IMG/VR virus record: IMGVR_UViG_2907408351_000002
Strand: one strand, 5' to 3'
From: a virus
Length of the DNA stretch: 64,000 nt
Part shown: piece after piece, positions 9,051 to 18,955 of the stretch
Position numbering within the stretch: the stretch's first letter is position 1
Layout: every line of letters starts with the position of its first letter
The notes under the pieces: generated by a model
Told to the model about the DNA's origin: nothing
Seen by the model: the letters and a program-made list of their open reading frames with translations, nothing else
Databases searched by the model: none
Made by a program: the position numbers and the translations under genes

Positions 9051-10607
9051 ATGAAACTAAAAAATATTTGGCTAGTTTTAGCTTCGTTGGTTTTGTTGGT
9101 GGCCGGGAATCTTCTAGGTTCTGGAGATCCCTCTTACGTTATGATGGGTTTGGTCCCTGCAACGTTTACGGACATCAAACAATTAACAGAATTCGCTAAA
9201 ACTTTCAACGCGAATCCGGGTATCACGGATGTTGCGGCCCTTACAAATGGCCAAGCAACGACCATGCATTCTTTGGATGAGGAAATGGTCTTACTTGCTC
9301 AAGATAGCAACGAATACAATTTTCTCAACACGATGTATTACAAGGACACAAAATCCACCCTCAATATTTTCGGAAGAATTTTGGATTGGGGCGGAAACGG
9401 TGATTTCTCGTTTGTCGGGGAAGCGGATGACGCGGAATTCAAAGATGTAAGTATCGATAGAGTTGCGAAAATTATTTCCTATCTTGCAGAAGGATACGCT
9501 GTTTCTAAAGTTTTAGACATGTCGGATACCGGTTCCTTTGATCCGGAAGCGATCCAGGTCGAAGGTGCGATCAACCGAATCATGCAAACCCTGGCCTATG
9601 CCGCGTGGTACGGCAACAAATCCATCAATGGACTCGAATTTGACGGTTTCGTTACTGAACTCGTAAAGAGCGGACAGGTGTTCGATGCTGAAGGTGGATT
9701 TCCCGATCTAAAAAGTATCAAAGAATTGACAGTAAACATTCGGACGAATTACGGTTTTACAAACGAATTCTGGCTACATGATTCGGTTAAAAACGTATTA
9801 GACAATTATTATGTAGGAGCAAAGGAATTCATTGCCCAACCGTCAAACGGGAATCCATCTATTGGTTACAACATTCCGAGTTTAATCGGCGCGCCTTTGC
9901 GTAACAGTAAGCTAGATTTCAAAACTGATCTTTGGATCAACAGACACCTCGTTCCGCTTCCTACTTACAGAGCGTCGAATGGAGCTAAAACTCCTGGAAA
10001 AACGAACCCGAAAGCTCCGGATCAACCTACGGCAACTGCGGTCGTTTCCGGTGGTCCCATCTTTGGTTCAAAGTGGAAACCTGCTGATATCAAAGATTCT
10101 TCGAATTCTGATTCTGCAATCAGTTACAAGATTGTTGCATGTAATCGATTCGGAAGAAGTGCTGTGTCTGCAACTGTGACTACTCCAAGTCCTATGGTTA
10201 AAGGAAGATCTGTCGTTCTGACGATTACTCCCGCGGGTTCCGGTGAAACTGCCGACTTCTACCAAATTTTTAGAGAATCTCGTCCTGGAAATGGGGATTT
10301 TAAATTAACGGAACGAATTCCTAAGTCCGGAGGAACAACTACAGTTTATTCCGATGTAAACGAATGGATTCCTGGTTGTACGGAAGGTGTGATCGGTGAT
10401 TTTAACGCTCAGTCTCCGCTGAACCAAACTAGAACCTATCAGATGCTTCGGATGTTACCGATGCTTCAGACTAAATTTTCACCGAACGCAGTCTATCAAA
10501 GAAAGATGGCCGGTATGGTGGAATTTTACGGAGGATTGGCTGTCTTACAACCTAACCGCTTTTACGTAGTTAAGAATTTGCCTACTTCAATGTCCAGAGC
10601 AGCATAA
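9051..10607 (+). CDS. Putative major capsid protein with Ig-like insertion (518 aa)
   Basis: Position after scaffold; followed by strong rho-independent terminator; Ig/FN3-like beta-rich segment (…ISYKIVACNRFGRSAVSATVTT…). N-terminal hydrophobic stretch is atypical. Confidence 0.45.
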   Translation: MKLKNIWLVLASLVLLVAGNLLGSGDPSYVMMGLVPATFTDIKQLTEFAKTFNANPGITDVAALTNGQATTMHSLDEEMVLLAQDSNEYNFLNTMYYKDTKSTLNIFGRILDWGGNGDFSFVGEADDAEFKDVSIDRVAKIISYLAEGYAVSKVLDMSDTGSFDPEAIQVEGAINRIMQTLAYAAWYGNKSINGLEFDGFVTELVKSGQVFDAEGGFPDLKSIKELTVNIRTNYGFTNEFWLHDSVKNVLDNYYVGAKEFIAQPSNGNPSIGYNIPSLIGAPLRNSKLDFKTDLWINRHLVPLPTYRASNGAKTPGKTNPKAPDQPTATAVVSGGPIFGSKWKPADIKDSSNSDSAISYKIVACNRFGRSAVSATVTTPSPMVKGRSVVLTITPAGSGETADFYQIFRESRPGNGDFKLTERIPKSGGTTTVYSDVNEWIPGCTEGVIGDFNAQSPLNQTRTYQMLRMLPMLQTKFSPNAVYQRKMAGMVEFYGGLAVLQPNRFYVVKNLPTSMSRAA

Positions 10608-10631
10608 GAAGGCATTCAAAAATTAGAATTT

Positions 10632-10662
10632 AAAAAAGGGCAGGTTACTCTGCCCTTTTTTG
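10632..10662 (+). terminator. Rho-independent terminator (AAAAAAGGGCAG-gttact-CTGCCCTTTTTT)
   Basis: Perfect 6-bp GC stem, 6-nt loop, T6 run; A-run on 5' side makes it potentially bidirectional. Confidence 0.65.
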
Positions 10663-10673
10663 TATAAGGGATT

Positions 10674-12515
10674 ATGTTAATTTCAAACTCAGAAGGAAAA
10701 ACCGATATCGCCGCTCTTACGAACGGAGCCGCAATTACGAAGGATCCACTGTCGGTTCCGAAGAAGAAAAGTTTTCACGATACGTTCAAAGATTTCTTTA
10801 AAAAAAAGTATAAGAAGTCTGATGATAAGAAAACGATTTGTGTAGACTTCGACGGGGTTATCCATTCATATCAGAGCGGGTGGCTGGGTATTGATCAGAT
10901 CCCGGATCCACCGGTTGAGGGCGCGTTTGATTGGCTTCTCGAAATTTCGAACTTTTTCAATGTCATAATTTATTCTTCCCGGTGTTCGGACGCGAAAGGA
11001 ATCGATGCAATAAAAAGTTTTTTGAATACTCGCCAAGATGAATGGCGACAATCTAGATACGCGAGGAATCTCGGTGTCCCGAAAATGAGTAAATTTTCGG
11101 ATCTATTTCAGTATTCCGCGAATAAAATTCCAGCGCACTTATATTTAGATGATCGAGGAATTCAATTCCAAGGAGTTTTTCCGTCGACAGAAGAGTGTGA
11201 AAATTTTTGTTCTTGGGTAGATTCAAAAGAATTCAAGAAATCATCGTCTTCTTTAAAAATAAAAAAGGGGGATGTGAATTCTGATCCAACAGAAGCACAA
11301 AAGAAAGCCGGAAATTATAAAAAGAAACATCTAAAAATTCATGATCTTCCGATTACGATTGAGAATCCCGCGGGAAGCAGTCGGAAAGGTATCGACCCGG
11401 ATGGAAAATCTTGGGAAACAAAAATGAACCACCATTATGGTTATATAAAGGGTTCAAAGGGAAATGACGGAGACCACATAGACGTTTTTATCGGACCGAA
11501 TCCAAATTCGGAAATTGTTTTTGTAATCAATCAAGTGAATCCGAAAACAAAAGAGTTCGACGAACATAAAGTTATGCTCGGATTTGATTCGGACGAGGAC
11601 GCAAGGAACGGTTACCATTCTTGCTACGAAAAAGGTTGGAGTGGACTTGGAGACATGGTCTCCATGACGATCAACCAGTTTCAAAACTGGTTAGAAAATT
11701 CGGATACTCAAAAGGAAGTTGAAGAATTCTTTCATAAAGCACAAGCGGCGCAAGTTGGAGAAAGAAGAACTTGGAATGACGGTCTTCAACATGAAAAAAC
11801 TTCGAGTGGAGATTGGAAAGCGGTCGGGGCCGGAAAAGAATCTGCTCAAGCATATAAACCCACCGCAAAAGTTCCGACATCCGGGAGTTCCAAAACTCAT
11901 GCAGTCACCCACGAACAAAAGGCCGTCGAAGTTTTGGATCGTTGGAAAGAGTTTGAGCAGAAAGCAAAAGAAAGAAATAAAGAAAGAGTCGCTAGGACTC
12001 CTCCGGAAAAACGAGCGCAACTGAATGACGTAAAATACGCCGTTCCGGGCGATATCGTTCGAATCGAACGTCCAAACAGCGGAAAAATCAATCGTGGTCA
12101 TATCGCGGAAGTTATGGGAAAGGTTGATGATATGATCAAAATCAAACTTCCATCCGGAAGTGAATTTCTTTTTTCACCTCATGATTTGGCCTATGCGAAA
12201 TCATCCGGATCTCAACAGATCTTTTCATATCAGTTCTTAAAAAGTTCAAATTCGGAAAATCCAAACATTCACACTTTTTCCGACGGAAATACTTATCAGA
12301 AAGAAGGAAATGGTTGGCGTTTGATTTCATCAGAAGAAGAAAACGATTCATCTCCGGAGGAAGATAAAGAGTTCGTCGAAAAGGCAATGAAGGCTGGAGA
12401 AAAAGTTCCGGTTAAAGTACTTAAGAATTATCCGGAACTTTTAAAGCAATTTCCGGAATACGAAAATCGGGTCAAGTCCATCGAGGCTCTTTCAAGTAAA
12501 TTCCTGAAACAATGA
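10674..12515 (+). CDS. Three-part protein: N-terminal HAD-superfamily phosphatase (NT5C-like: VDFDGV…VIIYSS…K…YLDDRG), central inorganic-pyrophosphatase-like domain (HHYGYIKG…DGDHIDVFIG…FDEHKVMLGF), K/E-rich C-terminal region
   Basis: HAD motifs I-IV read in order; central block aligns by eye to family-I PPase core (E. coli YPCNYGYI…DGDPVDVLV…). Placement between capsid and neck genes. Confidence 0.55.
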   Translation: MLISNSEGKTDIAALTNGAAITKDPLSVPKKKSFHDTFKDFFKKKYKKSDDKKTICVDFDGVIHSYQSGWLGIDQIPDPPVEGAFDWLLEISNFFNVIIYSSRCSDAKGIDAIKSFLNTRQDEWRQSRYARNLGVPKMSKFSDLFQYSANKIPAHLYLDDRGIQFQGVFPSTEECENFCSWVDSKEFKKSSSSLKIKKGDVNSDPTEAQKKAGNYKKKHLKIHDLPITIENPAGSSRKGIDPDGKSWETKMNHHYGYIKGSKGNDGDHIDVFIGPNPNSEIVFVINQVNPKTKEFDEHKVMLGFDSDEDARNGYHSCYEKGWSGLGDMVSMTINQFQNWLENSDTQKEVEEFFHKAQAAQVGERRTWNDGLQHEKTSSGDWKAVGAGKESAQAYKPTAKVPTSGSSKTHAVTHEQKAVEVLDRWKEFEQKAKERNKERVARTPPEKRAQLNDVKYAVPGDIVRIERPNSGKINRGHIAEVMGKVDDMIKIKLPSGSEFLFSPHDLAYAKSSGSQQIFSYQFLKSSNSENPNIHTFSDGNTYQKEGNGWRLISSEEENDSSPEEDKEFVEKAMKAGEKVPVKVLKNYPELLKQFPEYENRVKSIEALSSKFLKQ

Positions 12516-13261
12516 GCGATTCTATTCTTTCCAAACTCAAATCGAAACCAAACATGTTTCCGCGGTTTTATGCGGTTCTCGGAGCCGCGGCAACTGATAT
12601 ACGAGACAAGTGGGAATTTTTGGCGGGAAAGCGCGCTGGGGTTTCAATCAAAAATGGCGGATTAGGTTGGTGGGGTCAACAGTATCTTGCAAACGGACAA
12701 ATCCAAATCAAACGATCCGGTTTGGGATACCAGATTTTTTATGATAGCAACAAGTCTTCGTATGATTTCGAAAAAGTAGCAGAAAGTGGTCGCGGTTCTT
12801 TTGATATCGCTTCCTACCTACTCTCGAATTCCAAGAAAGTAAGAATAAATGCAAGAGGAAAGAAATTTCTGATCATTCCGATGAAAGGAAAAGAAGAACA
12901 ATCCGCTTCCGCGGTGATGAAAATTCTTTCAACTTCCAAGGTAACCTCGCCAATGGGTGGGAAAGTAAAAAGGAATTCTTATTCGGTTGAAAAAATTGAA
13001 AATAAATCTCGTACAAACACTGTAAAATTTCAGCAGTTGAATGAACGAGGTGGAAGTTCCTCAAGTGTTAGTAAGATGGTGGTTTTAACAGAGGATTCGA
13101 ATTGGGAGCCCTATCCAGAAATAACAGGACAGAAATTTGTTCAAAGAATGCAGGAAGAAGCAGATAGGATTCTCAGAAGTCCTGAATTTTTAAAAAACCT
13201 TGCAGAGGCATTGACGTTTGACTTAAAAGAAATCTATTTAAAGAAGAAAAAAAAGAAATGA
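12512..13261 (+). CDS. Hypothetical neck/head-completion region protein (249 aa, ends in Lys6)
   Basis: 4-nt overlaps with neighbours. Confidence 0.5.
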   Translation: MSDSILSKLKSKPNMFPRFYAVLGAAATDIRDKWEFLAGKRAGVSIKNGGLGWWGQQYLANGQIQIKRSGLGYQIFYDSNKSSYDFEKVAESGRGSFDIASYLLSNSKKVRINARGKKFLIIPMKGKEEQSASAVMKILSTSKVTSPMGGKVKRNSYSVEKIENKSRTNTVKFQQLNERGGSSSSVSKMVVLTEDSNWEPYPEITGQKFVQRMQEEADRILRSPEFLKNLAEALTFDLKEIYLKKKKKK

Positions 13262-14034
13262 TACTTTGTCTTTATCAATGCGATCCGGAACAAAGGGTAA
13301 TCGAAGAGCTCGCAAAATTGTTAGAAGAAAGTGGTTTGGAAGACCGTTCCATAACTTCCAAAGAGATCGTTACCTTTGGGCATCCTTTATATACTTATGC
13401 GAGCGCCGGAGAAATAGCGAACGATAGTTTTTTCCCTAAGATAGGAGTTGAGTTTCAAAATGATGATATCTCATCAGACTTAGGAATGAACCTTCAATAT
13501 TCCGATTTCAATGAACAGATAAAGCGGAAATTGCGGTTTTATAGGGATCGGCATGAATCAGAATTCGAAAATCCGGATTTTGCTCAATTTGATAAAGTCC
13601 TAAATGAAAATTTCAAGACAGTAGAATATTACACTAGTCGGGTTGAATCGAATGTTTTGATCACGGGTTGGGGTGGAGGCGGTGTCGCAGGGAGACGAAC
13701 AAGTAACGATCTTTATAGAATCGTGACGGCCCTTCTCCCATTTCTTTTTACGAGAATTTATAAAAACTACCGCGTTACCGCGCGTATCGATGGAAGGCTA
13801 CAAGCTAATATCGAAGCGCCGGAGATTATGCGCGGCTGTTGGGGTTTTGAATTCTCGATAGTAATTTCGCAGTTAGTCCGAGTTTACAAATTCAGCAAGG
13901 AACCGTTTATCTCAAAAGCAGACGTATATTTCGATGGAAAAGATTCTGATGGTTCAACTTATCAGGCAGGAATAAAATTTCAGGCATTGCACGGAAAAAT
14001 TAAAAATTATTCTCCTGATCCTAAAAAAATCTGA
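13258..14034 (+). CDS. Hypothetical neck/tail-terminator region protein (258 aa)
   Basis: Operon position. Confidence 0.5.
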   Translation: MILCLYQCDPEQRVIEELAKLLEESGLEDRSITSKEIVTFGHPLYTYASAGEIANDSFFPKIGVEFQNDDISSDLGMNLQYSDFNEQIKRKLRFYRDRHESEFENPDFAQFDKVLNENFKTVEYYTSRVESNVLITGWGGGGVAGRRTSNDLYRIVTALLPFLFTRIYKNYRVTARIDGRLQANIEAPEIMRGCWGFEFSIVISQLVRVYKFSKEPFISKADVYFDGKDSDGSTYQAGIKFQALHGKIKNYSPDPKKI

Positions 14035-14059
14035 TTGATTTTTTCAAAGGATACTTCTC

Positions 14060-14341
14060 TTGTCCACATGCCATATGGCAGGCAATGAGAGCTCGACTCC
14101 TACCTCTTCAGAGAATAAAGAAAGTTTTTTAGAAAAGTTCATCACCGAAAAAGAGGAACTTTCGCGTTACTCGATGGCGCATACATTTCGTGTTTTTTGT
14201 ACTCAAAATTTCAAAAAATTTAACGAGTTGAAAACCGAGAATGATATCAAAAATGCCTTCGAACTTTTTTTTCATGGAAGAGAACCAAAAGAAGAATCGA
14301 AAGCACCTGCCACCTTAGAATCTAAAGGTGGTCTTAAGTAA
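14060..14341 (+). CDS. Hypothetical small protein (93 aa) upstream of sheath
   Basis: ORF; stop overlaps sheath start. Confidence 0.4.
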   Translation: MSTCHMAGNESSTPTSSENKESFLEKFITEKEELSRYSMAHTFRVFCTQNFKKFNELKTENDIKNAFELFFHGREPKEESKAPATLESKGGLK

Positions 14342-16149
14342 TGGGAACTTCGGGAAGTGTTTTTCAGGGAAGAGCGCTCGTAGCTCCTGGAGCTCGCGGT
14401 AAATTTCAAAGTATCGGAGCGAATCCCGGCGCCGGCGCGGATAAATTCACTTTAGTTCTCATCGGTAAAGCCGCGAACGGTGTTTATTTTAACGATTCGT
14501 CTTCTCCTTCGCTCCGAGATGATCAGCGGTACTATACAATTTCCGGCGGAGTAAACGGGTACAATCAGGCAAAAAGTATTTTAGGGAGTGGAGAATTACT
14601 TCAAGCAATCAAGTTCGCGACTTTTCCCTCGAGTGATGACAGCCTTGCTCAAGGCCCGCAACTTATCAAATTTCTGAACATCTGCCCAAATACAAAGGCT
14701 TTCAATGACTTCCCGTCTTTAAAGACCGGTCAAACGCATAAAATCTCTTTTCCAATTCCGGGCCCTAACGGGAAGAAGGTTCGGTTTTATAAGAACATCA
14801 CGGATAAGACAATTCAAATCGGTGATGACAAAGGAATTCTACAATCGAGAAAACTTGAGAAAGCCGTTTTCAACGTTTCTTATATTGGAAACGCTACGGC
14901 CGCGCTTTTGGAAATTGACGCAACAAATCTAAAAGTAACTTTAACCGGATCCACCGACAATTCCGCTTCGATTTCTATCAAATTCGCGGATTATCCAACG
15001 ATCGGTGAAGTAGTCGATCAGATCAATTCTCAAGTCGGATACGTGGCTTCGCTCATCGAATCTCCAGAATTTTTAGCTGCAAATCTTGATCATATCGAAG
15101 CGACCGATTCAAATTCAGTAAAGGCGCCAACGAATCAATTGATCTACGCGGATCTTTTTATGGAACAGAAATTCATAGAGGGAACCGGTTTCGGTGAAGT
15201 CGTTTTAGGACCGGTAAGGAAACCTTTCGCCGGTTCTACGATGTTTAAGTATCTTTCGCAAGGCGGAACGACCGGAACACCCGGATCCACCGATTTAAAA
15301 GATGCGATCACCTTCTCCAAAAAAATCTCTGGGTTATACCGAAACATTCTCTCTTCCACCCTTTCCGACAAAACGTATTTTAAACAAGTTTGTTTTGATA
15401 TGATCTCTCCGGATACCGGATTGGAAACAATCGGAGGTTGCGGAGCCGACGGAGTTTTAACAATTCCTCAGAGACAGGACGAAGGCAGAACGCTCGGAAC
15501 GTACTGGATGACTTACGGATTGGAATCGTTTCGAGATTTTGATATCAACGGGATAGAGCAAACTTTCCCTGGGTATTTTCTGGCCGTAATCGATAACGCA
15601 ATTTCCGCGGCGAATTCTCCAAGAATTTCTCCGACATGGAAGTCTTTGAATATTCTGAAAAGCGCGGAGTATATTTCGCGAGATTCCGCGGTACGGGACG
15701 CTTGTATCAAAGCCGGAACTTTGATTTTAGATCAAAAACCTTCCGACGATTCCTGGGTAATTTCAAGAAGTGTAACGACCGAACGAAAAGATGATTTGAT
15801 CTTAAATGAAAAATCATCCGTTGCAACCGCACTTACGATGGTTCGCGAGCTCCGGGTTGGCTTTAACGCGAAATTCATCGGACAAAGTATGGTCGATGAT
15901 TCCTCCCCTGTTTCGGGTGTTCGTGTTCCGGATGTTCTCAACTACATCGAAGGAAAACTCGAGTATTTTGTTCAACAAGGTTACATGATCGGTTCCGCGG
16001 CGCTCGGTGTCGAAGCATTCAAGAAGAATTTCTCTATTCAAGTCGATGGGGACACTTGGTCCTTCATGGACCTTGAAGGGAACGTTACTACACCTTTGAA
16101 TTTCATTTTCTATATTCTTTCCCTAAAACCATTGAGAGGTAAGGCATAA
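14341..16149 (+). CDS. Putative contractile tail sheath protein (602 aa)
   Basis: Size and conserved order sheath-tube-chaperone(frameshift)-tape measure. Confidence 0.5.
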   Translation: MGTSGSVFQGRALVAPGARGKFQSIGANPGAGADKFTLVLIGKAANGVYFNDSSSPSLRDDQRYYTISGGVNGYNQAKSILGSGELLQAIKFATFPSSDDSLAQGPQLIKFLNICPNTKAFNDFPSLKTGQTHKISFPIPGPNGKKVRFYKNITDKTIQIGDDKGILQSRKLEKAVFNVSYIGNATAALLEIDATNLKVTLTGSTDNSASISIKFADYPTIGEVVDQINSQVGYVASLIESPEFLAANLDHIEATDSNSVKAPTNQLIYADLFMEQKFIEGTGFGEVVLGPVRKPFAGSTMFKYLSQGGTTGTPGSTDLKDAITFSKKISGLYRNILSSTLSDKTYFKQVCFDMISPDTGLETIGGCGADGVLTIPQRQDEGRTLGTYWMTYGLESFRDFDINGIEQTFPGYFLAVIDNAISAANSPRISPTWKSLNILKSAEYISRDSAVRDACIKAGTLILDQKPSDDSWVISRSVTTERKDDLILNEKSSVATALTMVRELRVGFNAKFIGQSMVDDSSPVSGVRVPDVLNYIEGKLEYFVQQGYMIGSAALGVEAFKKNFSIQVDGDTWSFMDLEGNVTTPLNFIFYILSLKPLRGKA

Positions 16150-16150
16150 A

Positions 16151-16600
16151 ATGGCTGATCCGCAATTACCCGAAGATCTCCCGGATCCGTCGATCCTCGT
16201 CGGATCGAACGCTCAAGTATATATCGATGGGGTAATTGCCGCCTACATAAACGACGTCGATATCGATGAAAACTACAATCAGACGCCGTTTTATGCGTTG
16301 GGTGATTTTTTTCCGAAAACGACAAAACCTTTACGTTTTGAAGGCACTCTTACCGGAAAGATGTATATCGTCACCGACAATCAAGATCCGGGTGCAGTCA
16401 AAACTCTTCCCGATCTAAGCAATATCATTTCTCACAAAGGGAATCTGCTTGAGTTTAGAGAGAAAAGTACCGGAAAAAGAATCCTTCGCGCTCTGTGCAA
16501 GTTGGATACCCGTAAAACAGGACTCAGTACTGAAAACGGTTCCGCTTCCGATATTTCTATGAAAATTATCCGGATTCAAAAGAAAGAGGCTTATAACTGA
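16151..16600 (+). CDS. Putative tail tube protein (149 aa)
   Basis: Size/position after sheath. Confidence 0.5.
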   Translation: MADPQLPEDLPDPSILVGSNAQVYIDGVIAAYINDVDIDENYNQTPFYALGDFFPKTTKPLRFEGTLTGKMYIVTDNQDPGAVKTLPDLSNIISHKGNLLEFREKSTGKRILRALCKLDTRKTGLSTENGSASDISMKIIRIQKKEAYN

Positions 16601-17031
16601 TGGGACTTTTCCCGGGAGTTGAAAGAAGTTTTTCCTTTGAATTGGAAGGCAGCATTTTCGCGGGTAGTTTTCCGGTTAGGAAAGTTCGTCGGGATATCGA
16701 CGTTGAAGTTGCTCAAAGACTGAAATACGTTCCACTTAACTCGATTCCATCGGACACGTATTCATTAGAGCTGATGTGCGTTACTTTAAACAAAGTTTTT
16801 ACGACGAAACCAAAAGAACTTGAAGGTATCGATTTTGCAGATCTTCCCGACGATGAAATTATCTTGAAGATTTGGGAAAAATACAGAAAACTTGAGAAGG
16901 TCTACGAAGATCAGTTAAAAAAAAATAACCGACCCGATTTACCTAAGAGAACTGATTCGAACGAATCAAGTCTTCCTTTTAAACCTGTATCTACTACTAA
17001 ACTACCGGACGCTGCCGAGCGAGTGGACTAG
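16600..17031 (+). CDS. Putative tail assembly chaperone (143 aa), upstream partner of frameshifted product
   Basis: Position between tube and tape-measure genes; overlapped at 3' end by a start-less ORF in the +1 frame. Confidence 0.45.
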   Translation: MGLFPGVERSFSFELEGSIFAGSFPVRKVRRDIDVEVAQRLKYVPLNSIPSDTYSLELMCVTLNKVFTTKPKELEGIDFADLPDDEIILKIWEKYRKLEKVYEDQLKKNNRPDLPKRTDSNESSLPFKPVSTTKLPDAAERVD

Positions 17032-17284
17032 TTTAGAGGACATTGAGGATGAAGAAAAATTAGCGATTTTCTTCGCCGATTCCCTTCTCTCAAAATGGCT
17101 GAATAGATACAAAGGAACATTCGATATTCAATTGGAAATCGATTCCTTAAAATCAAAAAGTTATAAAGCATTTCTCGAGGTTTGGGAATTTGAAGAATAT
17201 CCACTAAGCCGAGCGAAGCAGTTAGGAGAAATTCGTAGACTCGATAAGATTGCAGAACTTGAGAAACTCAAAGAATTTGGATAA
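16919..17284 (+). CDS. Start-less +1-frame ORF overlapping chaperone 3' end; candidate programmed-frameshift extension (slippery A9 run 16917-16925)
   Basis: Frame open from stop at 16916-16918 to TAA at 17282-17284 with no ATG/GTG start in frame; A9 run at its 5' edge. Confidence 0.35.
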   Translation, partial: KKITDPIYLRELIRTNQVFLLNLYLLLNYRTLPSEWTSLEDIEDEEKLAIFFADSLLSKWLNRYKGTFDIQLEIDSLKSKSYKAFLEVWEFEEYPLSRAKQLGEIRRLDKIAELEKLKEFG

Positions 17285-17286
17285 CG

Positions 17287-18954
17287 ATGGCGAACGATAA
17301 AGTTGAAATCAATGTAGATTCTCTTGCAAAACGAATTTACGAAAAACTTGCTCCCGAATTAAGAAAAGAATTCGATCGCCGTAAAAACTCCCCAAACATA
17401 CCTTCTGCGTCCGACCCCAAACCTTCGAGCGGAAGCAAGGAAAGTAAGAAAAAAAAGAAGCCTGGATCAACCACCGAAGGCTACCAAACCGGTGATCACA
17501 CTGGAACAGGGGTTGAAACGGATCTAAACGAACTAAGATCGGGAAGATTTTCTGGAATTCTTTCGAGAAAAGTCGCATCCGCTAAGAAAATCAAAGACGC
17601 ATTCAAAGAATACCGTGAGAAGAAAAAGAAGAAAGACAAGGATGAAAATCTTCCCGGAATGCCCGATGCTTTCAATCCCACGGGTGGCGGCGGGAAATAT
17701 GATAAGCTCGTCGTTAGAGAAGCCAAGTTTGATAAAGTCATAGGCTTGACTGGAAATGGCGGGGGTGGCGGCGGAGGTCGCGTCTATGGTGGGAAATTTA
17801 CATTTCCGGAAAGGGAGCCGACAGGCGGAAATCAACCCGCACAAGGACAACCTACAGAAACAAAGTCTTCGCTACTCTCAAAAATTGGTTCAGCGATCGC
17901 GCCGGCTGCCTTTGGTGCCGGAGCCGTAGTCGGTGCCGCAACTTCCTTAATTTCCTCGATGGCCGGAATGCACCAACAATCCCTTCAATCACAGGATTCG
18001 AGTTTGGATGCAATGGGAGGTTACGTTGGCGGTGGTGGAGGACTGATAAAGAATGCAGAGTATGCGCAAATTGGAATTGCCCGTGCGAGAATACTAGGAG
18101 GGGAAGGAAGGGACCACATTAGTAGTAATGTCGTTTCTGATAAGAATAAATTGGCAATTCAATATGGATTGACTCAAGGAATTGGAGGATCACAGGGTTC
18201 GGAACTATTCGCAAAGATGAACAAATACGGTGGTTTTCGAGAGAGTAGCACTGAATTAAAAAAAATCATGTCCGATGGAATTCGTTCTGGTTTCTCAGGA
18301 TTAAGACAATCTGAGTTCTTGTCGAATATCTCGTCTGTTTCGGAAAATGCTTATAATTCCGGAATGGGACTTCAAAGTGCGGAAGATATCTCGAGGACAT
18401 TTTCAAATATTGCGAGTTCCGGAATACGTGATAACAGAGTGAATTCTGTATATCAAAATTTGAATGATAACGTTTCTAAAAAGGGAAATTTTATGAATTC
18501 GGTTTTGTTAAGCGAATACACGGCATCGGGTAAAAGTCCATTAGAAGCGATGTCTATGGCTGAACGCGGGATTTCGGATAAACAAAATGCCAATACATTG
18601 AACGGTTTCATGTCTTCATTAGGTTTAGAACCGGAAACTTTAGGTTTATTGCAAAACCAATTAGGAATCACTACTGCTACTGAATCTTATTCCATGGCAA
18701 AATCAGGAAAGAATTTATTTGATTTAGGTAAAAGTACAAACATTTCAAATGAGGGAGAGCAGGCAGTAGAAAAAGTTTCCTCAAGTGAAGGTCAAGTATT
18801 TAGAAGTCATGCAAACGCATTAGACTCTATGGCCGCGACAAGCGAGATGTTTATTAAGGCTAGTCAAATTCAGGAGAGAGTTTTTGATACTATAATAAAT
18901 ACCATCGGAAAAATGGATTCAGTGGTGAAAAAATTAGAAGGCTACTTCAAATGA
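17287..18954 (+). CDS. Putative tail tape measure protein (555 aa, Gly-rich, one hydrophobic segment)
   Basis: Position after chaperone pair; composition. Confidence 0.5.
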   Translation: MANDKVEINVDSLAKRIYEKLAPELRKEFDRRKNSPNIPSASDPKPSSGSKESKKKKKPGSTTEGYQTGDHTGTGVETDLNELRSGRFSGILSRKVASAKKIKDAFKEYREKKKKKDKDENLPGMPDAFNPTGGGGKYDKLVVREAKFDKVIGLTGNGGGGGGGRVYGGKFTFPEREPTGGNQPAQGQPTETKSSLLSKIGSAIAPAAFGAGAVVGAATSLISSMAGMHQQSLQSQDSSLDAMGGYVGGGGGLIKNAEYAQIGIARARILGGEGRDHISSNVVSDKNKLAIQYGLTQGIGGSQGSELFAKMNKYGGFRESSTELKKIMSDGIRSGFSGLRQSEFLSNISSVSENAYNSGMGLQSAEDISRTFSNIASSGIRDNRVNSVYQNLNDNVSKKGNFMNSVLLSEYTASGKSPLEAMSMAERGISDKQNANTLNGFMSSLGLEPETLGLLQNQLGITTATESYSMAKSGKNLFDLGKSTNISNEGEQAVEKVSSSEGQVFRSHANALDSMAATSEMFIKASQIQERVFDTIINTIGKMDSVVKKLEGYFK

Positions 18955-18955
18955 T

